Under the pieces are notes generated by a model. That model searched no databases, was not told the origin of the DNA, and was given only the letters and a program-made list of their open reading frames with translations. From NCBI GenBank assembly GCA_963770895.1, contig CAVYRF010000001.1:1216001-1280000 (forward strand): a stretch of 64,000 nucleotides of DNA, given 5' to 3'. A program made the translations under genes and the position numbers. Of this stretch, positions 46,668 to 56,248 are shown one piece after another; position 1 is the first letter of the stretch, and each line of letters begins with the position of its first letter. Source of the DNA: an uncultured Acidobacteriota bacterium (GTDB taxonomy: Bacteria; Acidobacteriota; Thermoanaerobaculia; Multivoradales; UBA5704).

Positions 46668-47209
46668 CCCTTCACGCAGGCGTCGCGCTGGCAAGGCGAC
46701 GCCTGCGCCTCCTGTCGCTCGTCCTTGCGGCCCTGTGCGCCGTGCCCGTCTCGGCGAGCGACAAGGCCGCGCTGGCGGTGTGCCGGAGTATCGAGGTCCG
46801 ATCGCTCCTGGTGTCGGCCGAGCGTGCCAGGACCAGTCGCGACATCAAGGCTGCAGCGATCGACGTGGCGCCGCTCAAGGACGGAGGACTCACCAGCCAG
46901 TTGACGGTGCTGGGTCCGCCCCTTGGTTCGATGGATTCGCCGGTCATCGCGACCGAGGTCGCCTGCTCGCCATCCGGCGTCGTGCTCACCGCGACCATCA
47001 TGCGGTCGGCCGGCTTCAACGGCGCCGTCCTGCAAAATGCGCTCTGGCAGCCGATGATTCGGCTCTCAGTACGCCTCCTGCGGGCTGATGTCCTTTTCCG
47101 CACCATCTGGCACATGCGCCGCACGGATGGCCGCGAGCTCACCTTTGCCCAAACCTCGCCCCTGCCAGGACGCCGATTTCCCCTGGTGCTCACGCGGCGG
47201 CTGAAATAA
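46664..47209 (+). CDS. Small exported hypothetical protein
   Basis: TTGA overlap with the upstream gene; signal RRRLRLLSLVLAALCAVPVSA. Confidence 0.55.
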   Translation: MTLHAGVALARRRLRLLSLVLAALCAVPVSASDKAALAVCRSIEVRSLLVSAERARTSRDIKAAAIDVAPLKDGGLTSQLTVLGPPLGSMDSPVIATEVACSPSGVVLTATIMRSAGFNGAVLQNALWQPMIRLSVRLLRADVLFRTIWHMRRTDGRELTFAQTSPLPGRRFPLVLTRRLK

Positions 47210-47439
47210 CCGAGCCTGATCGATGCCGCGTACGGCCACCACAGGTCGTCCAACTGGATTTTCCGGCTCTTCCCAGGCTTCATGGACGGCCTTGCGGCGC
47301 TGAGCTCGAGTCAAGCCCGACGCCCGCCCGGCCCCCGGGTCATCGAGGGACCTCCGTGCTCGCGCGACCCGTCGGTATTGGGGGGCGGCACACTTTGGCT
47401 TAGCGTCTTACGCCGGATCCAGCCGAGCTGGCCCGCTGC

Positions 47440-47612
47440 TTGATCCTGCTTACCAGCAACGGGACCAGGAAGTGCTCGGCGCCCTCTTCTTCGACGTCCG
47501 CCACAGGCTGATCGGCGAGAAGGAGATCTACCGGGGCACCCTGCACCAAGCCAGGTCGAGCCCCGCGAGATCCTGAAGGAGTGCCTGTTGAGAGGCGCCG
47601 GAGGCGTGGCCA
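47440..47612 (+). pseudogene. RadC/JAB domain fragment
   Basis: DQEVLGALFFDVRHRLIGEKEIYRGTL, frameshift, then VEPREILKECLLRGA; truncated before the HNHPSG motif. Confidence 0.75.
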
Positions 47613-47925
47613 ACCAACTCCCGGCTGGTCAAGCTGCTCTGGACCGTGGCCGACCTCTACGACGTAGCGCTCGGCGACTTCGTCGAGAACGTCGCCTTGA
47701 ACGCCCTTGCCGGCCGGAAGTCCTTCTCGAACCCAGCCCTGGAGCGAATCGGCCTCCTCGCCGGCGTCTACGGTTACGACCTGGCGGCGCAGGCGGCCAA
47801 GGCGCGCGCCATCACCTCTCCGCTGGAAGGAGCAGCCCAATGAGTCTTTCGACACCGTGAACGTCGATGTGCTCTCCGCGACCTTCCAGACCAAGCAGTT
47901 GGGCGAGGGGATGCTGACCTACCAG

Positions 47926-48720
47926 CTAACCGAGGAACGCCGCCTGTTGCGCGGCAGGTCGCGCGTCGCCTCGTAGTGCAACCCTTGTCTCTGGCCAGCC
48001 CTGCCATGAGTAGCCCCGGCCCAGGTCCGAACCCTTGCAGCGCACCCCCTCCAGCTCGAAGCTCAGCCCGGACATGCGCCCCGTCGACGCCACGTTCGTT
48101 TGCACTTCCACGCCCTGCGCGTGCAGGCGCTCCACCAAGACAGGCAAGCTCGGCCGATCGCGCGCCGCGACGTCCACATGTTCCTGCAAGCGGGCCTTGA
48201 TCGACACCTTGCCGGTGCGCGCAAAAGCCGCCAGCTCGCTCCGGCCGGGCGCCGCGCGCCTGGCCTCGCGGCTCGGCGCCACCTGCGTCAGGCCGGACTG
48301 CAGCTCCAGGTCGCGCACGATCCCTTCGCCACGCTTGCGCTCCTGAAAGTCCGGCACCCGCTTGCCGTGGCCGTCGACCCGATTGGCGATGATGTGCACG
48401 TGGTCCAGGTCCGTATCGTGATGGCGCACCATCACCCACTGCGAGTTGCCATATCCCAACCGGTTCAGGTACTCCTCGACGAAGCGCCGCCAGTCTCCCT
48501 CCGTCAGGCGATCCGCCGGCGCCGTGGTCAAGCTGGCATGAAACACCGGCTTCTGCACCGATGGATTGAGCGCCCTGGCGATGCCGAACTCGTGTGCCAG
48601 TTCCCGCGCCGTCTCGCCGGCCATGGTGCCGCCGATCAGCTCCGGCCCCTTGCGCTCGGCAAGGGCGTAGTTGAGCGCGCCGCGAAACCCCTTCCCCGGA
48701 TCGCTAATCTTTTGGATCAT
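47926..48720 (-). CDS. Relaxase (MobA/VirD2-like, MOBP), probably 3'-truncated
   Basis: GFRGALNY (catalytic Tyr), PVFHASL, HHDTDLDHVHIIANRV (3H motif), KGSDLGRGYSW. Confidence 0.92.
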   Translation of the reverse strand: MIQKISDPGKGFRGALNYALAERKGPELIGGTMAGETARELAHEFGIARALNPSVQKPVFHASLTTAPADRLTEGDWRRFVEEYLNRLGYGNSQWVMVRHHDTDLDHVHIIANRVDGHGKRVPDFQERKRGEGIVRDLELQSGLTQVAPSREARRAAPGRSELAAFARTGKVSIKARLQEHVDVAARDRPSLPVLVERLHAQGVEVQTNVASTGRMSGLSFELEGVRCKGSDLGRGYSWQGWPETRVALRGDARPAAQQAAFLG

Positions 48721-49020
48721 CGACCATCATTCGGCGCAGCGCCTGCAGCTCGGCGCGCATCGCCTCCAGCAACGCGAGCGGTGCCCCGGCCGCCTGGCCC
48801 TGGTGAATCGCCCTCACGTATTGGTTGAGATTTGCCGCCAGCGGCCCCAGCCGGGACCACGCCTCGCGATTGATCGCCGGCACGGGGCGCGGCAACTGCC
48901 GGCGCAGCAGGCGCCGGCGCACCAGCTCGCTCACCGTCAGCCCCAGCCGCTCCGCGTCGGCGTCGACTGCCGCCCGGTCATTCGCGGTCAGCCGCACCGA
49001 CGGCAGCGCCCGACCGCGCC
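48704..49020 (-). pseudogene. mobC: MobC relaxosome accessory protein (5' end lost or uncertain)
   Basis: SVRLT..DRA.V...A...GLTVSELVR (RHH) and LAANLNQYVR. Confidence 0.8.
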
Positions 49021-49700
49021 GCACGCTCGCCGACCTGGCCGAGCTCGAACGCGCCCTGGCCGACCACCGGCCCGGCCTGGTCGTCTTCGATCCCATCGTT
49101 GCCTACCTGGGCGCCAAGACCGACGCCTACCGCGCCAACGAAGTCCGTTCCATCCTTGCGCCCCTCGCCCGCCTGGCCGACACCTACGCCTGCGCCGTGC
49201 TCGCTGTGCGACACCTCAACAAGGCCAAGGGCACTCGCAGCATCTACGCCGGCCAGGGCAGCATCGACTTCACCGCCGCCGCCGCTCCGTCCTGCTCGGC
49301 GGCTGCGCCAGCGACGCCGCCGCCGGCCGCGCCGTGGTCCACATCAAATCCAATCTCACCCGGCTGGGACCTGCCCTCGCCTATGCATCGACGACCACGG
49401 CTTCCGCTGGGCCGGCGAAAGCCCCCTGCGCGCCAGCGATCTATTGGGCGCCGAAGCCACCGGTGAAGAAGTCTCCACGCTCCAGGAAGCCTGCGCCTTC
49501 CTGCGCGGCCTCCTCGCCGCTGGCCCCGTCTCCGTGCAGACCATCTGGGATGCCGCCCGCGAAGCCGGCTTATCCCAAATCACCGTCCGCCGCGCCAAGC
49601 AGCGCGAAGGCATCGTCGCCCTGCGCCAGGGCTACGGCCCCGGTGGAACCTGGCAATGGGTCTACGAGACGAGCGAAGCCCGGCGCACCCGCGGCAATGT
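49020..49700 (+). pseudogene. RepA/AAA_25 helicase-like C-terminal fragment with two frameshifts
   Basis: LVVFDPIVAYL (Walker B), VRSILAPL..LA, VRHLNK, GSIDFTAAA/RSVL, IKSN; wHTH-like tail AREAGLS..TVRRAK; Walker A missing. Confidence 0.8.
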
Positions 49701-50788
49701 GGGCGGAACCTCAATCGTCCCCATCCAGCCCCCGCCACCCCTCAGGCAGCCGGACCAGCTCGATCACCTATGCAGAGCACCCGTCACTCGCCCAGGCCCG
49801 GTCGTACATGGCACCGCCGTTACCTGGAGCCGCACCGGCCAGGCGATCGCGATGGCCTGCAGGGCAGTTGCCCCCCTCGCCCCAAAAGCGTACCGACGCC
49901 GGGATGATCGTGCGTCAAGGCTGCTCTCGCTGCGCTCGGCGGCTGCGCCGGCCTTGACCCCCGGTCCCCCGGCGTGGTGGCCCCTGTGTGTGGCGAGGGG
50001 GGGAGCGGCCGGCTCAGGGAAAGAGCAGGGTAGGGGCGCTGCCTGCGACGGCAGGTTGAGCTCCTGCCGGCGGCGAAGGATCCGGCCGACTGGCAATCCC
50101 GCGGCCGGCCACTCCTCGGCGCAGCGCGCCTTCAGCTGGCAGCATCCGGCTGCCATCCCTCCGGCCTGCCGCGGTGCATTCCGGCGACCGGCGCCAGGCC
50201 GATCGCGCCGGCGCTCCACGCAAGGCTCTGGGCCGCCGTCGCAGTTCCAGTCGCCAGCGATTCCGCCATGCATCCAGCGTTGTCGGCCGTCGCAGCGCTG
50301 TCCTTCGAGGTGAGGAGCAAGCCGGGTTCCTGTGCTACGCACAGGAACCGCTCCCTTCGGTCGCTCGGCTTGCCCCGCTCGCTTCGCTCGCGCCGTCCCG
50401 GTCGGCGCAGCGCTGTTTTTCCGCTCGCTTCGCGAGCGCGGCAACTGCCCATCAAAAAGGACGGCCTCCAGGCGCTCTGCGACCTGCCGCGACGAAAAGT
50501 TCGAATCGCCTGGAGGCCAATATCCAGGCGCGCCCTCCGCTGCGCTCTGGGCGCGAAGATGGGGAAGTGGCCCGTCTATAGACGGGCCGGGGTCAAGCCG
50601 AGGCGCAAGAAGGGGGTATCACACGGCATCGGCGCAGTCTGCGACTTTCTCTGAACCCAAAGCCCAATCGTTCCGGCGACAGAGCGTCGGGCCTCTCCGA
50701 AACCTCGCAAAAGGGCTGCGACTTGGGCAGAACCCGCTCCAGGCCGGGTGCCGGGCTTCCGGCGTGCGAGCGTCGACCGATCTGGTGC

Positions 50789-51007
50789 CTAGCGGGGGCC
50801 GTGCGCCTTCTCGTGCGTGGCGATGATCTGCCGAACGACGGGCACCAGCTCGGTGGGGACCTCCATCCGAGTATGGTCGGGACGCGACGACGCCGCCTCG
50901 TGCTCGGCGACCGCCTCGTCATCCGTCTGCCGCTCGTAGTAATCCACCAGGTCCTGCACCCGTTTCTCGTCCCAGCCAGCCGGGAAATCGTTTTTCTTGG
51001 TAGCCAT
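50789..51007 (-). CDS. Putative antitoxin
   Basis: Acidic 72-aa protein FPAGWDEKRVQ...YYERQTDDEAVAE directly downstream of the toxin-like gene. Confidence 0.7.
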   Translation of the reverse strand: MATKKNDFPAGWDEKRVQDLVDYYERQTDDEAVAEHEAASSRPDHTRMEVPTELVPVVRQIIATHEKAHGPR

Positions 51008-51009
51008 GG

Positions 51010-51285
51010 TCACATCCGCACTCGGCGCCGATACGCCGCTAGAGCCTTCCCGCTCAGATCATACGCCGTCACGACAAAGGCCCCAAGACGGTCCTCGTCG
51101 ATCACGTAGATCACCTGGAGGAACCGACCAGCGTCGGTCCGGCCCAGCGCGATCCTGGACCCACGGCGCCCAGGGAGATCCTGGCCCGGATGACGCAGCA
51201 CCTCCTCTACCTCTGTCTCGCTAACCCCATGCCGGTAGATGTGGGGCTCGCCCGTTTCCGGATCAGTGTGGAACCGTAGCAGCAC
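51010..51285 (-). CDS. BrnT/DUF4258-like RNase toxin
   Basis: HIYRHGVS..EVEEVL, ALGRTDAGRFLQVIY, VVTAYDL. Confidence 0.82.
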   Translation of the reverse strand: MLLRFHTDPETGEPHIYRHGVSETEVEEVLRHPGQDLPGRRGSRIALGRTDAGRFLQVIYVIDEDRLGAFVVTAYDLSGKALAAYRRRVRM

Positions 51286-51360
51286 GTATCGGATCTCCCT
51301 GCATCGGGTCTGCTGGCCGGCTCATTCCAGCCAGCCCTAAGATGGCTGGGCGAGCGCCGC

Positions 51361-51610
51361 TCATCCCTCCGCAGATCCCGCCGGCTGTTCCTGGGGACGC
51401 TCCACCCTGGCTGCACCGTTTCCGTCCAGCTGGGTGGCGATGCAAGCAGCTACCCGGTTTGCCGCTTGCCGCAAGGGATCGAATTCTGTGATCACGTATC
51501 CGGCAGTCACGCCGCCTTTGCGATGTTGATCAGTTTCTTCGTCAGCTTCTCCGCCATACCCGTCACCCCAATCGCCAGCGCAGCGAGAGCCACGGCGTGC
51601 CCGCAGCCAG
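51361..51610 (-). pseudogene. Tyrosine integrase C-terminal remnant
   Basis: Restoring one base gives KKLINHRKGGVTAGYVITEFDPLRQAA (box II His and catalytic Tyr), next to the tRNA. Confidence 0.6.
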
Positions 51611-51627
51611 TGCAGTACCCGACACCG

Positions 51628-51671
51628 TGGGAACCGAAATTGGAACCCGAAATGGGAACCCTATGGGAACC
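51628..51671. repeat. Four direct t(g/t)ggaacc repeats (candidate integrase arm-type sites)
   Basis: Copies at 51628, 51640, 51653 and 51664, spaced 11-13 bp, about 110 bp from the tRNA 3' end. Confidence 0.7.
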
Positions 51672-51777
51672 CCGCGGGGGCGAAAAACCGGCCTCCGAGG
51701 CGTAGCCTAGGCGAACGAGCTCTTTCGAGCAATTTGCCCTAACTACCGTATTTGTCGTACTTTGTCGTAGAAGAGCG

Positions 51778-51852
51778 TGGAGCGGGAGACGGGATTCGAA
51801 CCCGCGACCAACAGCTTGGAAGGCTGTGACTCTACCCCTGAGTTACTCCCGC
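51778..51852 (-). tRNA. tRNA-Gly (TCC)
   Basis: gcgggagtaactcaggggtagagtcacagccTTCCAAgctgttggtcgcgggttcgaatcccgtctcccgctCCA; cloverleaf, GTTCGA T-loop, encoded CCA. Confidence 0.97.
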
Positions 51853-52152
51853 TTGGTTTGCTGCCTTGGGTGGGCGGAGGGCGTTGATTGCTGAATGGCT
51901 CTCCACCGCCAACCTGGTCATGAGTCTACAACAGGGTGGTGGGGGATGTGGGCGACGGGGTGCGATCGGGGGGGAGAGCGGCGCAAAGGGGGGACGGGTA
52001 GGCGGGCGGTGGGAAGGGGGGACGGACAGAGGGGAAGGGGCAGCGGATCCGTTCGCTGTTTCTTGCGTGCATGTGGCGCGTTTCTTTGAATTGTCGCACA
52101 TCTAGGATGTGTACGTTCACTGTGGGTGTGTCCGATTCAAAGGAGAGAGAGC

Positions 52153-52950
52153 ATGAACCTCAGACCCCTGTTGAGTGCGGTGGTGGCGGCTGGATGCTTG
52201 GCGTCGGTGCCGGTTCTGGCGCAGAACTTTCCGCCGGGTAACGACGGTTGGACGACTCAGTCGAGCAATACGCAGATCAACCTCAGCGCGATGCCGGTGG
52301 TGAGCAAGGCGCTGGGGGCGCCGGTGTCGGGGAGCGGCATCATCAATCTGGCGGGGGTGCCGCTCAATTCCAGTCAGTTTGGCAACGTGGACACGATCAC
52401 GGGCAGGAGCGCGATTTCGGGGGGCAAGGGCACGGCGTCGATCGTGGCTTTGAACCTTGCCGGCGCGAGCCCGGTGCAGCTGACGGATGGCCGCTCGTAT
52501 GCGTTGCAGGTGTGCCTGTCGCCGGGTGCGACGCAGCCTCAGGGGACGGTGACGGCCCAGGCGGGCGGCTCGAACACGGGCAACCTGACGACTTCGTTTT
52601 CGGTGGTGCCGCTGCTGGTGTTCACCAACACCAACAATCCCAACGACGTGGTGCAGGTGGATTGCGCTTCGGGGGCTTGCCCGCAGATCCAGCTGACCAC
52701 CCAGAACGCTCCGTATGTGGTGGCGTCGCAGTCGCAGGCCACGGCTTCGGGCATCGGCACGCTGCCGTCGGGCAAGGTGGGCGTGGCCAATTGCGGCGGC
52801 AGCTTGACGCCGACCCTGGCCGGAACGAACAACCTGTATGCGGGCACTGCGCTGCTGTCGAGCGGCAAGCTGGGACCGGTGAATATCCAGGTGACCAGCA
52901 TCATCATCATCCACTTCTTCGGGCCGTTCATCACCATCCTCACCTTCTAG
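52153..52950 (+). CDS. Secreted beta-rich protein with a hydrophobic C-terminus
   Basis: RBS aaggaga; signal peptide ending VLA-Q; terminal SIIIIHFFGPFITILTF. Confidence 0.85.
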   Translation: MNLRPLLSAVVAAGCLASVPVLAQNFPPGNDGWTTQSSNTQINLSAMPVVSKALGAPVSGSGIINLAGVPLNSSQFGNVDTITGRSAISGGKGTASIVALNLAGASPVQLTDGRSYALQVCLSPGATQPQGTVTAQAGGSNTGNLTTSFSVVPLLVFTNTNNPNDVVQVDCASGACPQIQLTTQNAPYVVASQSQATASGIGTLPSGKVGVANCGGSLTPTLAGTNNLYAGTALLSSGKLGPVNIQVTSIIIIHFFGPFITILTF

Positions 52951-53167
52951 CCAGGGGGGTTGGACGGCTGGCGCGCAACGGGAAGCCGCCCGAGGTCGAA
53001 GCTCGGGCGGCCATCCTGTTGACGGTGCGGCACGCGTCGCTCGGGCGTCCGCCGGCCAGGCGGCTGCTGCGGGTCGCTCAGCCGCCTGGCAGCCGCTTGC
53101 TGGGCTGGCGGCCGCCCGGCGGCCGCGCGGCTGCTTGCCGTACGCCGCGGCCCGCGGCCGGATGGGC

Positions 53168-54097
53168 TCAGAAATCGGGTTGCAGGCGGACCTGATCCAG
53201 CTCGCGGCGCAGGGCGCGCTGGAACATGGTGGGGCCGATCCAGGTGTAGGCGACGATGGCGAACCAGACGGCGGATACGGCGCTGGACAGGTCCGGATGG
53301 CCGACCTTGGCCAAGCCTTCGTCGGCGACGCGGTACAGGGCGTAGGCGGTGAGCAGGACCAGGATGGCGCGGCGCTGGCCGAGGGTGCCCATCCAGGTGG
53401 ACCAGCGCCACCAGAGGCCCAGGAAGAAGTTGGAGCGGGCCTTGACGGCGGCCAGCAGGTGGAGGGCCGGGGCGGAATCGGCTTGCTGGCGCAGAGCCCA
53501 GGTGGCGTGCTCGCGGGCGTCGGCGATGCGGCCCTGCTGCAGAAGGACGTTTCCCATCAGGACCAGGGCGGTGGCGGACTCGGGCTCGGCTTCGAGGGCC
53601 TGGCGGGCCAGGGCGGCGGCGGCGTTCAGGTCGCCGTGGTGGATGTGCCAGGCGCCCAGGCGGGCCAGGATGTCGACGTCTTCGGGATCGAGCGCCAGCG
53701 CCTTTTCGAGCTGCGTGCGGCTTTCCTGGTCGCGGCCGGATAGCGCGAGGAGGCGCGCGAGGGCAGCCTGGATGCGGGCGTTGGCGGGGTCCAGCGCGGC
53801 GGCCTGGCGGAGGTGCTCTTCGGCGGGCTTGAGCTTGCGCGCTTCCAGCAGGGCCAGACCGTAGACGAAGTGGGGCTGCGGCAGGTCGGGGGCGAGGCGC
53901 AGGGCGATGGCGGCTTCGTGGGTGGCGGCGTGCAGGCGCTTGGTGTCGAGCAGGCAGAGCGCCAGGTAGGCGTGGGCGCTGTCGTCGTTGGGGTCTTCCG
54001 CCAGGGCGCGACGGAGGGACTCGATGGCGGCGTCGAGCTGGCCGCGGCGCATGTGCTGCAGGGCGATGCGGGTCCAGGGGGAGCTGTCGTCGGTCAT
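53168..54097 (-). CDS. TPR protein with C-terminal TM helices
   Basis: About 6 TPR units (ALAEDP, ALRLAP, AALDP, ALALDP, ALEAEP); two hydrophobic helices. Confidence 0.9.
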   Translation of the reverse strand: MTDDSSPWTRIALQHMRRGQLDAAIESLRRALAEDPNDDSAHAYLALCLLDTKRLHAATHEAAIALRLAPDLPQPHFVYGLALLEARKLKPAEEHLRQAAALDPANARIQAALARLLALSGRDQESRTQLEKALALDPEDVDILARLGAWHIHHGDLNAAAALARQALEAEPESATALVLMGNVLLQQGRIADAREHATWALRQQADSAPALHLLAAVKARSNFFLGLWWRWSTWMGTLGQRRAILVLLTAYALYRVADEGLAKVGHPDLSSAVSAVWFAIVAYTWIGPTMFQRALRRELDQVRLQPDF

Positions 54098-54131
54098 GGG
54101 CGTGGCGAGATTCCGGCTCGGTGCGTCAGCG

Positions 54132-54665
54132 TCAGCCTAGAAACAGGAAGAACAGGCCGGCATTGGGGGACTGCTGGACGGCCTGGCGCAGGGCGTAGCC
54201 CAGCGCGATGACCAGGAGGCCGGAGCGCACGCTGCCGCCGTAGTGCTCGTAGAGCTGGAAGGTGCGGCTTTGCAGGCCGTTCAAGGCGTAGGAGACCCCC
54301 AGCGTCCACAGGGTGATGGGCAGGACCGCGAACGGCAGGCTGGCGCTGGGCAGCAGGCCGCGGCTGTAGCCGACGATGACCGCGCCGGCCAGCAGGGCGC
54401 GGCCGGCAAAGCCGCCGACGGCCCAGGCGATCTCCTTGCCCAGGGTGGGGCTGCCGATCACCCAGCCGTTCCAGACCGACCAGGGCCAGCTGAGCCAGCA
54501 ACCGCCGAACATGACGGCGAAGAGCGGCCAGAGCGGCTGGACGGCGAAGCGCGCCAGGCCGCGCGGGCGGGGCTCGTCCTCGATGTGGTAGCGCTCGATG
54601 GCGGGCGCGGTGCCCGCGGGCAGCAGCGGGCCGGTGGGCGCGGCGGTGGGCGGAAGCGTTTCCAT
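54132..54665 (-). CDS. Small multi-pass membrane protein
   Basis: About 4 TM helices; lies between the AAA and TPR genes. Confidence 0.75.
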   Translation of the reverse strand: METLPPTAAPTGPLLPAGTAPAIERYHIEDEPRPRGLARFAVQPLWPLFAVMFGGCWLSWPWSVWNGWVIGSPTLGKEIAWAVGGFAGRALLAGAVIVGYSRGLLPSASLPFAVLPITLWTLGVSYALNGLQSRTFQLYEHYGGSVRSGLLVIALGYALRQAVQQSPNAGLFFLFLG

Positions 54666-54691
54666 CGAGGTGCGGCGACCGCCGGGGTCGG

Positions 54692-56173
54692 TCAGCTCCT
54701 GCCGGGCTTGCCGTGCTTGTCGAGGAAGGCCAGGACTTCGTTGTATTGACCGGCCTCGTTGGCGTAGCGGGCGTAGTTGCGCGCGGTGGTGAGCCATTCC
54801 AAGGTGGTGGGCTTGACCTGGCGCAGGGCGCTTTCCAGGTGGGCCGGACAGATCGGCACCTCGACGCTGCCGGCGATGGAGGCGGCGATGGCTTCGTCGG
54901 CGGCGGTTTCGACCAGCTCTTGCAGGTCGGCGCCGGAAAAGCCCGAGGTGCGGCGGGCGATCGCCGCCAGGTCGATCTTTTCATCGCTGGACAGCGGCCG
55001 GTCGCGCAGCAGGATGCCCAGGATGGCTTCGCGGGCGGCGCGGTCGGGCGGCGGCACGAAGAGTACGCGGTCGAAGCGGCCGGGCCGGCGGAAGGCGGGG
55101 TCGATCGCCCACGGCAGGTTGGTGGCACCCAGGATCAGGACGCCGGCGTTGTTCTGGGAAAAGCCGTCCATCTCGGACAGGAACTGGCTGACCATCTTGG
55201 CGGAGGTGGATTCGCGGGAGAACTGGCGCTTGCCTCCCAGGGCTTCCAGCTCGTCGAAGAACAGCACCGACGGGGCGGTCTGGCGGGCCAGCTCGAACAG
55301 CGCGTGAAGCTTGCGCTCGGACTCGCCGATGTACATGTCGAGGATGTCCGAGATCGCGACGTTGTGGAATTGGGCCTGGCATTCGCCGGCGGTGGCGCGG
55401 GCGAGCAGGGTCTTGCCGCAGCCCGGCGCGCCATAGAGCAGAATGCCGCCGCCGGCGCGCTTCTTGAAGCGCTGGAAGAGCGAGGGCTTCTGATACGGCA
55501 GCACGATGCGGCGGTGGATCTGGTTCTTGAGGTCGTCGAGCCCGCCGACGTCGGCGAAGGTGACCGGCGGCATGGGCGGCGCCAGGATGCGCTGGGCGTC
55601 CTCGCGGGCGGTGTCGTCGTTGGCGATGACGCGCAGCTGGGGATGCCGCAGGACCTTGGAGCCCGGGGGTGGGGCCGGGGCGGCGCCGGAACCTTCGCCG
55701 TCGTTGCCGTCACCGTCGCCGGCGCCGTTGCCAGCGCGGTCGGCGGCGCCCCCGGCCGGGTGGCCGGAGAAGGTGCGCACCTTGACGGAAAGCCGGTCCT
55801 GCAGGGCGGCGTTTTCGAGCGTCGGATTGGCGGCGACCGCCTCACGATAGGCGCGCAGGCCTTCGGGGTGGCGCTCCAGCGCCAGATAGCAGCGCGCGGC
55901 GAGCAGCTTGGCCTCGCCTTCCGGCGCGGTGGTGGCGGCGGCGGCGAAGACCAGCGCGCGCTCGGCCTGCCCGTCGGCCAGCAGGGCGCGCGCCGCAAGC
56001 AGCGCATCCAGGCCGGCGGGCAGGCCGGCCGGCGTGCGGTCGCCGACCAGGGTCGCTGCCTCGGCCGGCTCGTCGCGGTCCAGGTGGGCGCCGATCAGCA
56101 CGGTCAACAGGCCGCCGTTGTCGGGGGAATGGGCGAGCGCCGCGCGCAGCGCGTCGAGAGTCTTGGAGTCCAT
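54692..56173 (-). CDS. Classical AAA+ ATPase (Vps4/CDC48-like) with an N-terminal TPR region
   Basis: TFADVGGL, GAPGCGKT, MYIGESE pore loop, LFFDE, GATNLPWAID.AFRRPGRFD, GFSGADL. Confidence 0.93.
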   Translation of the reverse strand: MDSKTLDALRAALAHSPDNGGLLTVLIGAHLDRDEPAEAATLVGDRTPAGLPAGLDALLAARALLADGQAERALVFAAAATTAPEGEAKLLAARCYLALERHPEGLRAYREAVAANPTLENAALQDRLSVKVRTFSGHPAGGAADRAGNGAGDGDGNDGEGSGAAPAPPPGSKVLRHPQLRVIANDDTAREDAQRILAPPMPPVTFADVGGLDDLKNQIHRRIVLPYQKPSLFQRFKKRAGGGILLYGAPGCGKTLLARATAGECQAQFHNVAISDILDMYIGESERKLHALFELARQTAPSVLFFDELEALGGKRQFSRESTSAKMVSQFLSEMDGFSQNNAGVLILGATNLPWAIDPAFRRPGRFDRVLFVPPPDRAAREAILGILLRDRPLSSDEKIDLAAIARRTSGFSGADLQELVETAADEAIAASIAGSVEVPICPAHLESALRQVKPTTLEWLTTARNYARYANEAGQYNEVLAFLDKHGKPGRS

Positions 56174-56248
56174 GGGACTGTGCGAGCATATCAGGCCGCG
56201 GAGGCGGGCCCGCGGACCCGGAGCCGCGGGCAACCGAGGGGAGGACGA

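Larger units (their letters stand above)
24660..51777. mobile_element. Genomic island / decayed integrative mobilizable element at tRNA-Gly (left boundary approximate)
   Basis: Visible drop in GC and codon bias after the GT2 stop; integrase, relaxase, MobC, RepA-like and RadC remnants; two IS elements; abuts the tRNA 3' end. No duplicated att core found. Confidence 0.65.

Noticed and set aside
47620-47976. Small ORFs next to the relaxase
   Set aside because: They look like truncated, frameshifted mobile-element gene fragments; no product can be supported.
51628-51671. CRISPR array
   Set aside because: The repeats are 8 bp with 3-5 bp spacers and there are no cas genes; no CRISPR-like array was seen anywhere in the window.
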